A stretch of DNA of 63,969 nucleotides, counting the filler, from Octopus bimaculoides (taxonomy: Eukaryota), in assembly GCF_001194135.2 (NCBI RefSeq). It is 8 parts of 8 records of this genome, joined end to end, with 100 filler letters (N's around TTAATTAATTAA, not from the genome) between each part and the next. Parts side by side here need not be neighbours in the genome. Positions count along the whole stretch, not along the records: positions 1 to 17,230 come from NC_068983.1; positions 17,331 to 33,907 come from NC_068997.1; 6 more parts are not named here. One strand, 5' to 3'. Made by a program: the position numbers and the translations under genes. Positions 14,369-26,846 of this stretch are shown one piece after another. The notes beneath the pieces were generated by a model. That model searched no databases. It was not told the origin of the DNA and saw only the letters and a program-made list of their open reading frames with translations. Within the stretch, counting starts at the first letter, position 1. Every line of letters starts with the position of its first letter.

Positions 14369-15631
14369 TNNNNNNNNNNNNNNNNNNNNNNNNNNNNNNN
14401 NNNNNNNNNNNNNNNNNNNNNNNNNNNNNNNNNNNNNNNNNNNNNNNNNNNNNNNNNNNNNNNNNNNNNNNNNNNNNNNNNNNNNNNNNNNNNNNNNNNN
14501 NNNNNNNNNNNNNNNNNNNNNNNNNNNNNNNNNNNNNNNNNNNNNNNNNNNNNNNNNNNNNNNNNNNNNNNNNNNNNNNNNNNNNNNNNNNNNNNNNNNN
14601 NNNNNNNNNNNNNNNNNNNNNNNNNNNNNNNNNNNNNNNNNNNNNNNNNNNNNNNNNNNNNNNNNNNNNNNNNNNNNNNNNNNNNNNNNNNNNNNNNNNN
14701 NNNNNNNNNNNNNNNNNNNNNNNNNNNNNNNNNNNNNNNNNNNNNNNNNNNNNNNNNNNNNNNNNNNNNNNNNNNNNNNNNNNNNNNNNNNNNNNNNNNN
14801 NNNNNNNNNNNNNNNNNNNNNNNNNNNNNNNNNNNNNNNNNNNNNNNNNNNNNNNNNNNNNNNNNNNNNNNNNNNNNNNNNNNNNNNNNNNNNNNNNNNN
14901 NNNNNNNNNNNNNNNNNNNNNNNNNNNNNNNNNNNNNNNNNNNNNNNNNNNNNNNNNNNNNNNNNNNNNNNNNNNNNNNNNNNNNNNNNNNNNNNNNNNN
15001 NNNNNNNNNNNNNNNNNNNNNNNNNNNNNNNNNNNNNNNNNNNNNNNNNNNNNNNNNNNNNNNNNNNNNNNNNNNNNNNNNNNNNNNNNNNNNNNNNNNN
15101 NNNNNNNNNNNNNNNNNNNNNNNNNNNNNNNNNNNNNNNNNNNNNNNNNNNNNNNNNNNNNNNNNNNNNNNNNNNNNNNNNNNNNNNNNNNNNNNNNNNN
15201 NNNNNNNNNNNNNNNNNNNNATATATATATATATATGAATGTTAATGTGTGCATTAAAGCAAACTATAAAAATCCTATTCCACTTGTAAGGCACATTTTT
15301 CTTTGGCTGGCCTTCAGCCAAAGAATGTAACGCAGGTTAATACAACCCAGGGGGCATAATTTTGACATGCGTGTTAACAATTTATCTCCCTCTAGATTCA
15401 TTTAAATCAAAACAAATTTTCTATTCCTGTCCATGAGATTGCTGTCCTTAAATGAATCAGAGTACAACAGTTCGAATACAACGATAGTCTTGAGCTATGT
15501 CTCAACATGTTTAGGGACGTCTGCAGCGTTCTAGCATTTAAAATAATAGTACCTTTTATGTTTCAATCACGACCGCATTCATGTTGGTGCAGTATCTCTG
15601 GTTCATAATTGTTATTATTATTTCATCGCAA

Positions 15632-16020
15632 ACCAAGGTGGCGAGATTTTCGGATCGTTAGCACGATGGGCAAATTGCTTGGTGGGATCTCATCCGTCCA
15701 TACGTTGTGAGTTCAAATTCCGCCGATTCGATTTGCCTATCATCGTTTCGAGGTCGATAAAATAAGTACCAGTTGAATACTGAGTCGATGAAGTAATCGA
15801 CGTACCCCTCATTCAAAGTCTCAAACCGATATATCACGAATCGTAGATCGCAATGCGGCAAGCACACCGGACGAAATGCTTGGCGACATTTCGTCTGTCT
15901 TCACATTCTGATTTCAAATTCCTCCGGGTTCCACGTTACATTCCAAGCTTTTGGGAGTCGATAAAATAAGCACCTCCACTCGAAATTGCTGGCCTTGTGC
16001 CAAAATTTGAAACCGATATT
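15632..16020 (+). mobile_element. Two tandem diverged SINE copies (family C)
   Basis: Both contain GTTCAAATTCC B-box variants and GTCGATAAAATAAG, shared with the copy at 56486-56700. Confidence 0.7.
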
Positions 16021-16478
16021 CATTTACACGGATTGCTTACTGCAACTATAATCGATGTTATACATCCAATACTAAAGTTTAAACTTGTTTTCCTTTTATC
16101 CTTCGGACCTTTCTCTCGTTATTAAATATTTTACTTTGGCACAGCCTGGATAATTGGCACCACCGACCAGCCAGTCAATACTCCAATTATAATAGTTATC
16201 TATTAAAGCTTACGTAATCATCACTACTTAATATTCTACTTTTTGCCAGATTTAATAGTCAAATCTCCTTTCCTTGTAGATTTATTATTCCATCTGTATA
16301 TTTCATTCAAACCTGGTTATTGCTCTTTATAGCATCTCCATGATATCATTATACATTAACTATTTACTCTGCGAATTTTGCTCCCCTTCATGATTTGAAA
16401 TATGCAAATTGCGTCACTACAATTTACCATTATATAAAATATTTGATTTATCTCAGCATTTCACACTCTTTCTTTTAC

Positions 16479-16556
<78 letters not shown>

Positions 16557-17052
16557 CAACTCAGATACATGTGTGCGTACATATGTATGCATTTCTGCGT
16601 GAGTGTGTGAATTAGTGTATGTACGTCTGTATCCATATCTTTTCTATGCATGTACAAATTTGTCTCCATAAATTTTCCATTTAATTCATCTTCCGTCTGT
16701 TAAGTCTTCCGCTAGTTTGTGGTCGTTCAGATTCAAAATGTTCTGTCTAGTAGATATACAAGAGCAGTGTATCACCTTAACAACTATGTTAATACTTCTT
16801 AGCTTTTGGCATTTCGCTCCTGTATTTATGTTTAAAGAGTTTTCTTGAACTACTCTTAGAGAATTGGTAACTGGCGAAAGTTCGAAATCATAATCGCATT
16901 TTCATATTTTCTAATATAATATTTAGACACCTTTCGAACTGAGTTATGTATACAGTTCATCTCTTGGCACTGGGATTGTTTGTGGCTTGAATCTTCTTTA
17001 AATCACAGTCACCAAGAAAATATGCATGTGTATATGTATCTTTCTCTCTGTG

Positions 17053-17125
<73 letters not shown>

Positions 17126-17330
17126 GAATGGAAGGATGGATAGATATGTTTTTATTATAGCCACACAGGGCTAAATACAGAAAATGGACAAATTACAAAG
17201 TAGAGCTTTTCTTTGGGGGGGGGGATAATTNNNNNNNNNNNNNNNNNNNNNNNNNNNNNNNNNNNNNNNNNNNNTTAATTAATTAANNNNNNNNNNNNNN
17301 NNNNNNNNNNNNNNNNNNNNNNNNNNNNNN

Positions 17331-17824
17331 ATTCCATAGAGTTGGCATAGCTTCCAGTGTATATAGGTCCCAGCTCTGTCGTGTCTGTGAATATATTACT
17401 TCTTAGCCAGGACTGGGCAGCCAGAGATAATATGATTTATTGTTTCTTGTCCATCTCCACATATTCTGCTGTTACTTGTTATGTTTCTTTTCATTATATG
17501 CTTTTGGTAATTTCTGGTGGGGAGGCTTTGGTCTTGTGCAGCAATTAAAAATCCTTCAGTCTCTGCTTTGAGTCCTGAGCTTCTCAACCATTGCTCGGAT
17601 TTTTCTGTCTATTTCTTTTGCATTTAGTTTAGCCCAGTATTTACCATGTAGAGGCTTTTCTTGCCATCGTTTTTTCATGGTCTGTTGCTGTTCTAGTTTT
17701 AGTTTAGATTTCATTTGTTTTATATCTTCTTCTTCTTCTTCTTCTTCTTCTTCTTCTTCTTCTTCTTCTTCTTCTTCTTCTTCTTCTTCTTCTTCTTCTT
17801 CTTCTTCTTCTTCTTCTTCTTCTT

Positions 17825-17855
<31 letters not shown>

Positions 17856-18073
17856 AAAAAAAAACAGTTTTTTGTTTTGCTCGTGATTTGTGGCTATTTG
17901 TATTAGTTTTCTTGCTTCTGAAGTAGGTATTTTTGCAGTCCTATAGTGGTTATTTTATAATAGTTTTCCAGCTGTATAAGACCCCTACCACCTTCTGTAC
18001 GTTGTATATATAGCCTTTCTATGTCAAATTTTGGGTGGTGCATCCTAGATCCTGTCTATTTTAGATAGTTCTT
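17331..18073 (-). mobile_element. R4/Dong-like LINE fragment 1 (post-RT region and CCHC knuckle)
   Basis: MHHPKFDIERLYIQRTEGGRGLIQLE and LKAETEGFLIAAQDQSLPTRNY..RICG..ETINHIISGCPVLA. Interrupted by (TTC)n; 3' end lost in an N gap. Confidence 0.85.
17725..17854. repeat. (TTC)n microsatellite expanded inside R4-like coding relic
   Basis: Direct reading. Confidence 0.95.
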
Positions 18074-19525
18074 TTAGTGTCTTGGCTCAGGGTTGGTCTT
18101 ATTCCTAGTGGATTTTATGTGAGTTGCGGGTTACCACCTGTAAGTTTAGGTATCCACACATTTTCAGCTGTCTTTCAAGTGCTTAGAACCCTCCTGATAA
18201 TCCTTGTTATCCCTAAGAGATAAACTTTCTGTAGTAGCTCTACCAGGCATTCTATTTCAATATCCTTCAGCCATTTCCCAACGCACCAATTATTATATGC
18301 ACAACCTTTACTTTTCGCATGTTCCAAATTCTTCCTATTTCGAATTTTAAAGGATTATATTTCCTTTGTTTTTCTTCCTTTTTCTTTACGATTCTGGAAT
18401 CACACGGGAATCAGTAAGCAAGTTCGTTTTTCCTTATCTATGAATGGAATGTCTGGTCTATTATTTTCTAACTTCTTGTCCGTTTGAATTGGAATATCCC
18501 ACGAAATCTATCATTTCTTCGACTCGATGATTGTACTGTGTTTCCAGCTTCAAACCTCCATTTCTGGCAGAGTTTCCAGGGTAAAACGTTTAAAACCTGG
18601 TCGTGTCTCCATTTCTTATATTCTTCCTGTGCCAACTTGGGGCATTCTGCTACAATATGTGCCACTGTCTCGTTCCAAGTTTCTTAGGCTCTACATTTTT
18701 CTGACACATTCTCTCCATATATATATATTTCCTAAGTTGTTTGTTTTTATCGCTTGATCTTGGGCTGCTGCAATTAGGCTCTCTGTTTCTTTTTTAATTG
18801 CCCCTTTTTTAACCAAGCCCAGGATTTTGTTCCACATACGTCTTCAGTGGCTCTCAAAAATTGGCAATGTAGAGGTTTCTCTTGGGTCTGTTTGACGTGT
18901 TGTCTTTGTATTTCATTCTTGTTCTTTTCTTCTATCACGCGCTTTATCACCTGCCCTTTATTACCTGTCTTTAGCAGTTTTTCTGTGCTGCTCTGTAAAT
19001 ACTCTACTAGACTTTCTCTTTCCATTCGTATACATTTTTCTACTGCTTTTAAGACTCTTCCACCCTGTCACTCCTCAAGTAGAGCCGGCTGATATCAGCT
19101 TTCGAACGGCGGGCTCCATACATCGTTAACAACTTCTTAGTTTTCCTGTCAAGTTTCTTTATATCGTTTCTGGTCGAGTGTATAATTCCAACTCCATATC
19201 TGATTAAGAGTACTGCTCTTGAATTTATGGCTTCAATAAAATTTTTGGAATTCAGCTTTGCCTGCAATTATTTTCTTACTCTACTTGTGTACTCCCTACT
19301 GGTAATTTGTTTCATTTCTTCATTTTTATCTCGTCTGCTTCCAGTATTTCCAAGTACTGTTCTTTCTCAACCGCTCTCATTGTTTGCCCATTTGGCATTT
19401 CAATTACATGGCTTCTTTCAAATTTTCCTCGTTTTATTTTCAATATAGCGCATTTTCTATCCCAAATTCCATACCTATGTCACTTGAGAAAATACGGATA
19501 GTATATACAAGACTATCCAATAGTC
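18074..19525 (-). mobile_element. R4/Dong-like LINE fragment 2 (late RT, CCHC, restriction-like endonuclease, 3' UTR)
   Basis: IFSSDIGMEFGIE; LNSKNFIEAINSRAV..IRYG; AHIVAECPKLAQEEYKKWRHDQV; ENNRPDI (RLE PD motif); IIIGALG; LLQKVYLLGITRIIRRVLST*. Confidence 0.85.
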
Positions 19526-19785
19526 TTATTTTTAACACGTGCTTTCACTGCACAACCGAGTGCAACTCTGACTACCTTGGGTATTTGCTGCTGTGGTTTG
19601 TTTTGGCTCTGTTAGTGTCACTCTATTGAAAGTGCTTTACGTAGGATGTATGCAGTGCATATGCCTACTATTTTCTGTGTTATATATATTCGTGAGTCCT
19701 GATGCTTTAGTTATGTATTTGTCTCAGTGTTTTTTAATCATACCTAATGCACTTGTTATTAAAGGGACTGTTTTTGTTTTTTATA
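19526..19785 (-). mobile_element. R4/Dong-like LINE fragment 3 (extreme C-terminus and 3' UTR)
   Basis: PLITSALGMIKKH*DKYITK.. then (frameshift) QKIVGICTAYILRKALSIE*. 3' UTR ends ..GTGTTAAAAATAA; 5' end abuts (TAA)n/(TGA)n. Confidence 0.75.
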
Positions 19786-19827
19786 TTATTATTATCATCA
19801 TCATCATCATCATCATCATTATCATCA

Positions 19828-19895
<68 letters not shown>
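19782..19895. repeat. (ATC)n/(ATT)n microsatellite
   Basis: Direct reading. Confidence 0.95.
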
Positions 19896-19929
19896 TATTA
19901 TTATTTTATAAAGATTGACGTAAATAGAC

Positions 19930-20900
19930 AATAAGAAGAGTGCAATGCGGTTGTAATAGATTGTTTATTGGTTTGAACGATATTTCGACAGCTGGTCTGT
20001 CTTTTTCAAGTTCAAAATGTAAAATGAAAATACACAGAAATGCAAAGGTATAAACGAGGAAATCTTGCGTTCCCACTTTGACAGAATGACATCATTAGCC
20101 TTCAATTTTGCCACTGGCAAAAGGAAAAAGAGAAAAAGAAAAAAGAATATTTAGTCGAATAATTTTGTGTAAATGTGATGAATTTCACCTGTCATTTTAT
20201 TCATTCCTCCAGGGTGTGATCTTAATAATTCACAAACATATTTGTCCTCATGCATTCTGAAGACTGAAAATGTAGTAGATTCAGAATATTTTCTGAGAAT
20301 GTGCACTTTCAAGTGTTCCTCAAAATTGCAGTCGCTTGAGGTTAATGTTCGACAACTTCTATCGAACTACTGCTGTTGTGCCTGACGTCGTACTTGTGCC
20401 CATTGAATCTTTTGCATAATTGTTCTGTTGTATAATCAACATAAATCAAGCTGTGTTTGGTGCTTTTTGCTGCGTGCATCAAATGGGAATCTTTACACGT
20501 CCCACCTTCCGTATAAATTATAACATTTCTGTTATGATTTCTGATGGAATTGATTTGACTCATGTTGTACAATGAACTGGGCTTACCTTTCTTGCGGCCG
20601 TTTTTCAAGGTACAGCGTTTAGAAACTTTCTTGGAGTTAGAAATAGTGGTTAATATTTCTCTTATATTGTTATTCCGTCTAAAGGCTACAATAGGCGGCT
20701 GGGGGAATATTCGTTTGAAACGAGATTATTTTTCTGCAATATGCTGGTAACTTTTATGTAACACTTTTGAAATGCCAGCGAAATTTCGGTGTCAGATAAT
20801 CACTAAAGGAATTCTATCACATATTTTACGCTTGTTGCTAAAATTATGCGTGGAAGTTTGGCTTACCTTGCTAATTTTTACATAATGGTGCAATGGTGTT
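19930..20900 (-). mobile_element. Penelope-like element 3' part (RT thumb, linker, GIY-YIG; Neptune-like)
   Basis: DRIPLVII*HRNFAGISKVLH..IFPQPPIVAFRRNNNIREIL; TCKDSHLMH..IYVDYTTEQLCKRFNGHKYD; EDKYVCELLRSHPGGMN. A degenerate HHR-like GACAG-acca-G-CTGTC-GAAA and an AATAAA lie at ~19960-20010. Confidence 0.8.
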
Positions 20901-20919
20901 CATATCGTATATCAGCAAA

Positions 20920-22330
20920 GACCAGAAGGTATCATGAAACACAAGCACTAGACTTTGTATTTTCTAGAGAAACCACGAGAATCTATTGCCCACAGCCTCT
21001 CCTCTGCTATTTTCTTGGCTCCATTTCTCATTTCGTGTCAGTCAAGGAGTCACCTTTCAAGGCTGTCGACTGGTTCTTTTACCAATTCTGGAATTGATTG
21101 GTTGGCTACAGTGAACGAGATCTTACCAGTTAATTTTCCCTTCTATTGTGAGAAGCTCCGCAATTCTTAGATTTGAAGATCATTCTAAATGAGGTGACAA
21201 CCTCATCTAACTGCTTCAATATCCTGCGTTCCCTCTAGTGGAAAGTGCTGCAGATTCATCCATAAAATTTGGCATCAATTTCCAAGGTCTGCCAGACATG
21301 TTCTACATATCCTTTAAAATGACCTCCATCGACAGGGAGAACAGTATTTGAAAAATGCTGCAGCCCATTGCTATACAACTTTCCAAATTGATCCAGTCTG
21401 TCCTGAAATCTTTTGCAGAAAATCATATTGAGAAACTATGAAAGTAACTTTTCAATATCTTTTGATGTTCTTTGGTGCATGATACATCTTGAGAGCCTGT
21501 TGGATCATGTCGTGCGGGACCGATCCTTCGGAATTTGCCAGATTGAGCCACACGACATCAACGCGATCTTTCCTCTCTGCTCTAGCTCTCTTGATTGCTT
21601 TCCAAATCGAAGCATGCTGTATGTATTTATATATTCTTAGGATGTGTCCTTTCTGGACTGACATACCAAGGTACTTATTCCTTGTGAGGTATTTCGTTAT
21701 CTTTACTTTCATAACAAAAGATTTCTTCCTCAGCATCCAGAAGTGACTGGGACTGATTGATGTTACGAGTTCTGTTCTTTGGGAATATACACTCCATCAA
21801 TTATCATACACTGGTTGTTGATCTTCAGATTCTTCCAAGATGGCCTTGATAAGCTTTGGAGCTAGCCTAGAACGTTGGGACATCCTTTATACTGTAGATA
21901 GGAAATTCCGTTTGACCCAGATGATGATTTGGTTCTGTCATTCTGAACTATATATTTCACTTCATTCAGTGTTGCTGGGTTGTCATGGAACATTTCTTTT
22001 GGCATTACTGGTCACACCAGACTCGCGATCTCAAGTGTTATCTCGCGAAGTCAGTAGCAATAAGTTTTCTTGGGATGTTGTCCAAGAGTATCTTTATCCA
22101 CTGTGATTGCTTTGGTCTCTGGCTGTGCGAATTGTTTCTTGGCAAACTGGAAACCCAAGTGGTCTTGGGCGTTCCTCTGTTCAATCATTCTCCTTCTCGC
22201 TGACTTTGCTTTGCTGAGGGCACCATCTCATGCTTTCGTGTCCTCCTTCATGCCTCAGGAAGCGCATTTGTTTCTTCTTCCAGCCATTTGCTTGTCGGCT
22301 TCCTTGTGCTGTTCAGTCTGTCAGTGAGCC
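20920..22330 (-). mobile_element. Hero-like (RLE-type) LINE reverse transcriptase relic
   Basis: FQFAKKQFAQPE..; KSSSGSNGISYLQYKGCP; IWKAIKRARAERKDRVDVVWLNLANSEGSVPHDMIQQALKMYH (WLDLANAYGSVPH type); CIAMGCS..FMD. Many lesions. Confidence 0.8.
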
Positions 22331-22519
22331 AATGAGCTAGTCTCTGTATACACCTTTGCATCTACATCTCATTTAATATATAAATTTTAACATTTTGAAC
22401 ACGTGAGTTGCCACAGGTGTTGATTTACTATTAAAGAGGAGAGAATCTCTTCTAGCTTAAACAATAAGTTGAAGAACTTTTATTTTTCAATTTAATATCT
22501 AATTTTAAATTTTAAATTG

Positions 22520-22950
22520 TTTACTCTTTACTCTTTACTCTTTTACTCTTTTACTCGTATCAATCATTTGACTGCGGCCATGGTGAAGCACCGCCTTTAG
22601 TCGAGCAAATAGACCCCAGGGCTTATTCTTTGTAAGCCTAGTACTTATTCTATCGGTTTCTTTTGCCGAACCGCTAAGTTACAAGGACGTAAACACACCA
22701 ACATTGGTTGTCAAGTGATGGTGGAAGGGGACAAACACAGACACACAAATATATACACACATATACACATACATATATATACATATACGACGGGCTTCTT
22801 CCAGTTTTCGTCTACCAAATCTACTCACAAGGCTTTGGTCGGCCCGAGGCTATAGTAGGAGACATTGCTTAAGGTGCCACGCAGTGGAACTGAACCCGGG
22901 ACCATGTGGTTGGTAAGCAAGCTACTTACTACACAGCCACTCCTACGCCT
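22520..22950 (-). mobile_element. tRNA-derived SINE (family B, full length) with (AGAGTAA)n tail
   Basis: Head AGGCGTAGGAGTGGCTGTGTAGTAAG..GGGTTCAGTTCC; highly similar to 41267-41657. Confidence 0.9.
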
Positions 22951-23212
22951 ATTAATTTATTTTCGTACATAAAATAAAGATCTTAATTTTTTATGTCGTT
23001 GGTAGCAATTTCATCGTCTTTTGGAATTTTTAGTATGGCATAACTTAAGACACTAAATTAAACTAAATTCAACATTCTTGAAGTTTCCTAAAAAAGAGAG
23101 TTCATTATCTGTTTCTGTTGAATTGTTTTCAACTTCTACCTCTGATGTCTGCCTTCTCGACGTTTTATTACCTCCTCCTCGTCGTCGTCGTCGTCCTCCC
23201 TTTCCTTCACCT

Positions 23213-23290
23213 TCTTCTTCTTCTTCTTCTTCTTCTTCTTCTTCTTCTTCTTCTTCTTCTTCTTCTTCTTCTTCTTCTTCTTCTTCTTCT
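23213..23290. repeat. (TTC)n microsatellite
   Basis: Direct reading. Confidence 0.95.
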
Positions 23291-23594
23291 CCCTCCACAC
23301 CATCGTTGAACCTTTATTTTTCAAAGCATCATGTTTCACACCATGCCCATCTCTCTTTGCTTTTGCTTTATTCAGTTTTCCTTTTCCATCTCTCTTCCTT
23401 GATTTCCCCCCTCTCTCTCCTCCTTCCAGATAGTTTTCATTTGAAAGGTAATCCACCGATCAGTCACTGCGTAGAGAGGGAAAGAATTCTGAGTTATGAC
23501 TCACATAACCACAGCTATTGATAAACTTTATTCACTCTATTTCGCAGTATCTAGTACCTTTCCGCATCATTAAAATTCACACTAGTGTGGACCT

Positions 23595-23666
<72 letters not shown>

Positions 23667-23689
23667 TCTCAATTTTATATATATATAGA

Positions 23690-24105
23690 TATGTCTATTT
23701 ATTTATTTTTAATAAAACAATTGTATAACATATTATGCTTTACATATATAATATAGAAAGTATAAAAATACCAGTAATTATTAAAATATATAACGTAGTA
23801 CATGGAAAGTAGAATAGCTTCTTACAGCTGTTTCAGCCAAGAGGTCATAATACCCCACTTTACTTCCATCGGTTCAGTGAACTGAAGTATTTAGTAGAAA
23901 AGATTAAGGTACTTGGGTGTGCCTCTGGGCTTCGTCAGAGAGTTTAGAAAGTTCATAAGTTTAAGTTATAAATATAAATACATACATATATACACACTTT
24001 TACATATACATACGTATACATAAATGTCCATAAATAATATCTATACATTTATATGTATATGTATATGCATACAAAGGAATCAATTATTATTATTATTAGG
24101 TGTAT
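23690..24105 (-). repeat. PLE pseudo-LTR-like repeat (3' copy), inverted relative to 31650-32085
   Basis: The reverse complement aligns with 31650-32085, with about 11 substitutions over the ~130-nt ribozyme part. Confidence 0.85.
23820..23941 (-). ncRNA. Type I hammerhead ribozyme with extended stem II
   Basis: UCU-CUGACGA-AGCCCAGAGG-[77 nt]-CCUCUUGGCU-GAAA-CAGCUG-UA-AGA: intact core, 9/10-bp stem II, palindromic ACAGCUGU stem III, GUA cleavage triplet, 3-bp stem I. Confidence 0.8.
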
Positions 24106-24323
24106 TATATTATTCTTATTAGATAAAGTATAAAGAGAGGAAAGAGAAAATTATTAAAAGAAAAATATGGTAGAATTTAAATAATCAATCTATCTTAAGA
24201 TTATTGTAGTTATGTAGGAATGAAAAGGTATATAAATGAGGAATACATACACACACACAGACACACATACACACACATACATACATACATAGATACATAC
24301 ATCTCTCTCTCTCTCTCTCTCTC

Positions 24324-24358
<35 letters not shown>

Positions 24359-25596
24359 TTATATATATTTTTTTATACCAAAAATTAGGCAAAAATATAG
24401 TATCTGTTGATAAACTTAGCAAAATACTCACAATTGAGTTTTTGTATATATATATCGATTTTAAAGAGAGCTCAAAACTGATCCATTGAAAATACTTTAC
24501 TATAATAATAATAACAATGAAAATGACCTATGAACATTTCAATGCAATATCCAGATCGATTCGTGCATATTATAAAATATTATAAAATATTATAAAATAT
24601 GGGATACTACATCTCGTCAGGGCCTTATTATTATTATTATTAGTAGTAGTAATATGCAGACAATAAAAATAGAAAACATTCATATACAATTTTCATAGTT
24701 GACTTATGAAAACATGCAAAGCAGGTTGAAAAGACATGAGATGATATACAACCGTTCATCTTAAAGGTGTTGAAAACAAGCAAATGAATTAAATTAATTC
24801 AAATTAATGAATGGTATACTATGAAGTTCAGTTATTAACCAATCCGGAACGCTGTAGATTTCAAAAAAGAACGTTGGAGTTATAAACATCAGAATAAATA
24901 CAAAATTCATACCGAAGAAAAAAAAACATTTAGATATTAAAAAAAAACACATTTAAAATACAAGCTCCTGGTCAAATAGAAGTATACCTAAAAAATAATG
25001 CTCTTATATAATATACTCAATAAAGAACTTAAGTACACATAATTTAAAATAGCCTTATATTAATTTAGTATTTATAAGTAAAAAGCCTCAAAAGGTAATT
25101 CAAGTCTACAAGGTTATAGAGAATAAATAGATTATCTACATTAAAGCACATTCAAATTATAGCTAACAAGTTACAAAAGAAAAAAACTAATTAGCTAAGT
25201 GATAAAGTTAAATATACCGAAGAAAATAAACAGATTTAATGATACCTCCGGTAGCGTAGAAAACGTAAACAAAAAAGCGGTCACAACTGAAAAAATCCCC
25301 AAATAAAACGTTGATTTACAAATTAAGTGACTACTATTAAATGAATTATCAAGCAGGAATGCTAAAATATCAGAATATATATTATTCTAAAGACCATACA
25401 TAAAGCCCGTTGTAGAAGAAAATCTGCCTAGACAAACAGGCGATAGATATTATTTAGATATTGATGGACAAGGAGAGGTAAATCAAGATCCATCATAAAT
25501 ATGAGTATATATATTGATCTTAAACAAACTCGGTAACTTTTAAAAATACCAAAGCAAGAATATTAAATCGATGATGACTTATCCCCAAAAACCCAT

Positions 25597-25655
<59 letters not shown>

Positions 25656-26243
25656 CTCACACACATATATATACATACATATATATATATACATATACAT
25701 ATATATATATATATATNNNNNNNNNNNNNNNNNNNNNNNNNNNNNNNNNNNNNNNNNNNNATATCTATCTATATATATATATATATATATATATTCACAC
25801 ACACATATATATATATATATAAATAAAAACCCACTTCAAGATCAACATACGTATGTAAACTTGATATCAAAGGATAATTATTTTAAAACTTATATAATAT
25901 AATAATACTATATACATGAATTTAAGGTACCCTCTATAGGTAATCAAATGAATTCAAAACAAATTACACATTATAACATAGCTAAATAGTATATGGGATT
26001 GTTAATAGGGGCATCTAAACTACTTAGTCTATGCCATTAAACCTGTGACAACATTGTAACCACTAAAATTAATTTATTAAAAAATTTTTCCTATAATCAA
26101 GAAGAGACCAATAATGGATATTTAATCAATATACATAAAAGATAATAGGTTATAAGATGCAAAAAATGTTGAATAGACATACACTCAATTAGCACCCAAA
26201 TAATCTAAACTCAATACATCAAAAATTTACAACTTATACACAC

Positions 26244-26284
<41 letters not shown>

Positions 26285-26846
26285 CATATACATATACATA
26301 TATATACATACACACAAATACATACACATACGCACACATACATACATATACACACACAAACATATACACATACATACACACATATAAACAAATACATACA
26401 CACACACATATATATATACATAAACACACACATATACATATATATATACATATAAATACATATATACATATATATATATACATACATACATATACATAGA
26501 TACATACACACATATATACACGCATACATATACATATATACGCACATATACATANNNNNNNNNNNNNNNNNNNNNNNNNNNNNNNNNNNNNNNNNNNNNN
26601 NNNNNNNNNNNNNNNNNNNNNNNNNNNNNNNNNNNNNNNNNNNNNNNNNNNNNNNNNNNNNNNNNNNNNNNNNNNNNNNNNNNNNNNNNNNNNNNNNNNN
26701 NNNNNNNNNNNNNNNNNNNNNNNNNNNNNNNNNNNNNNNNNNNNNNNNNNAACATACAAACACACTTCATACACATATATACATATACACACACACACTC
26801 ATAGCCATGCAGCAATCCTAATCCAAGTAAAATATATTAATATTTC

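Noticed and set aside
17275-17287. TTAATTAATTAA embedded in N runs (also ~33951, 43439, 49533, 52426, 58281, 61606)
   Set aside because: An identical all-frame stop motif centred in gaps is an assembly or scaffolding filler, not biology.
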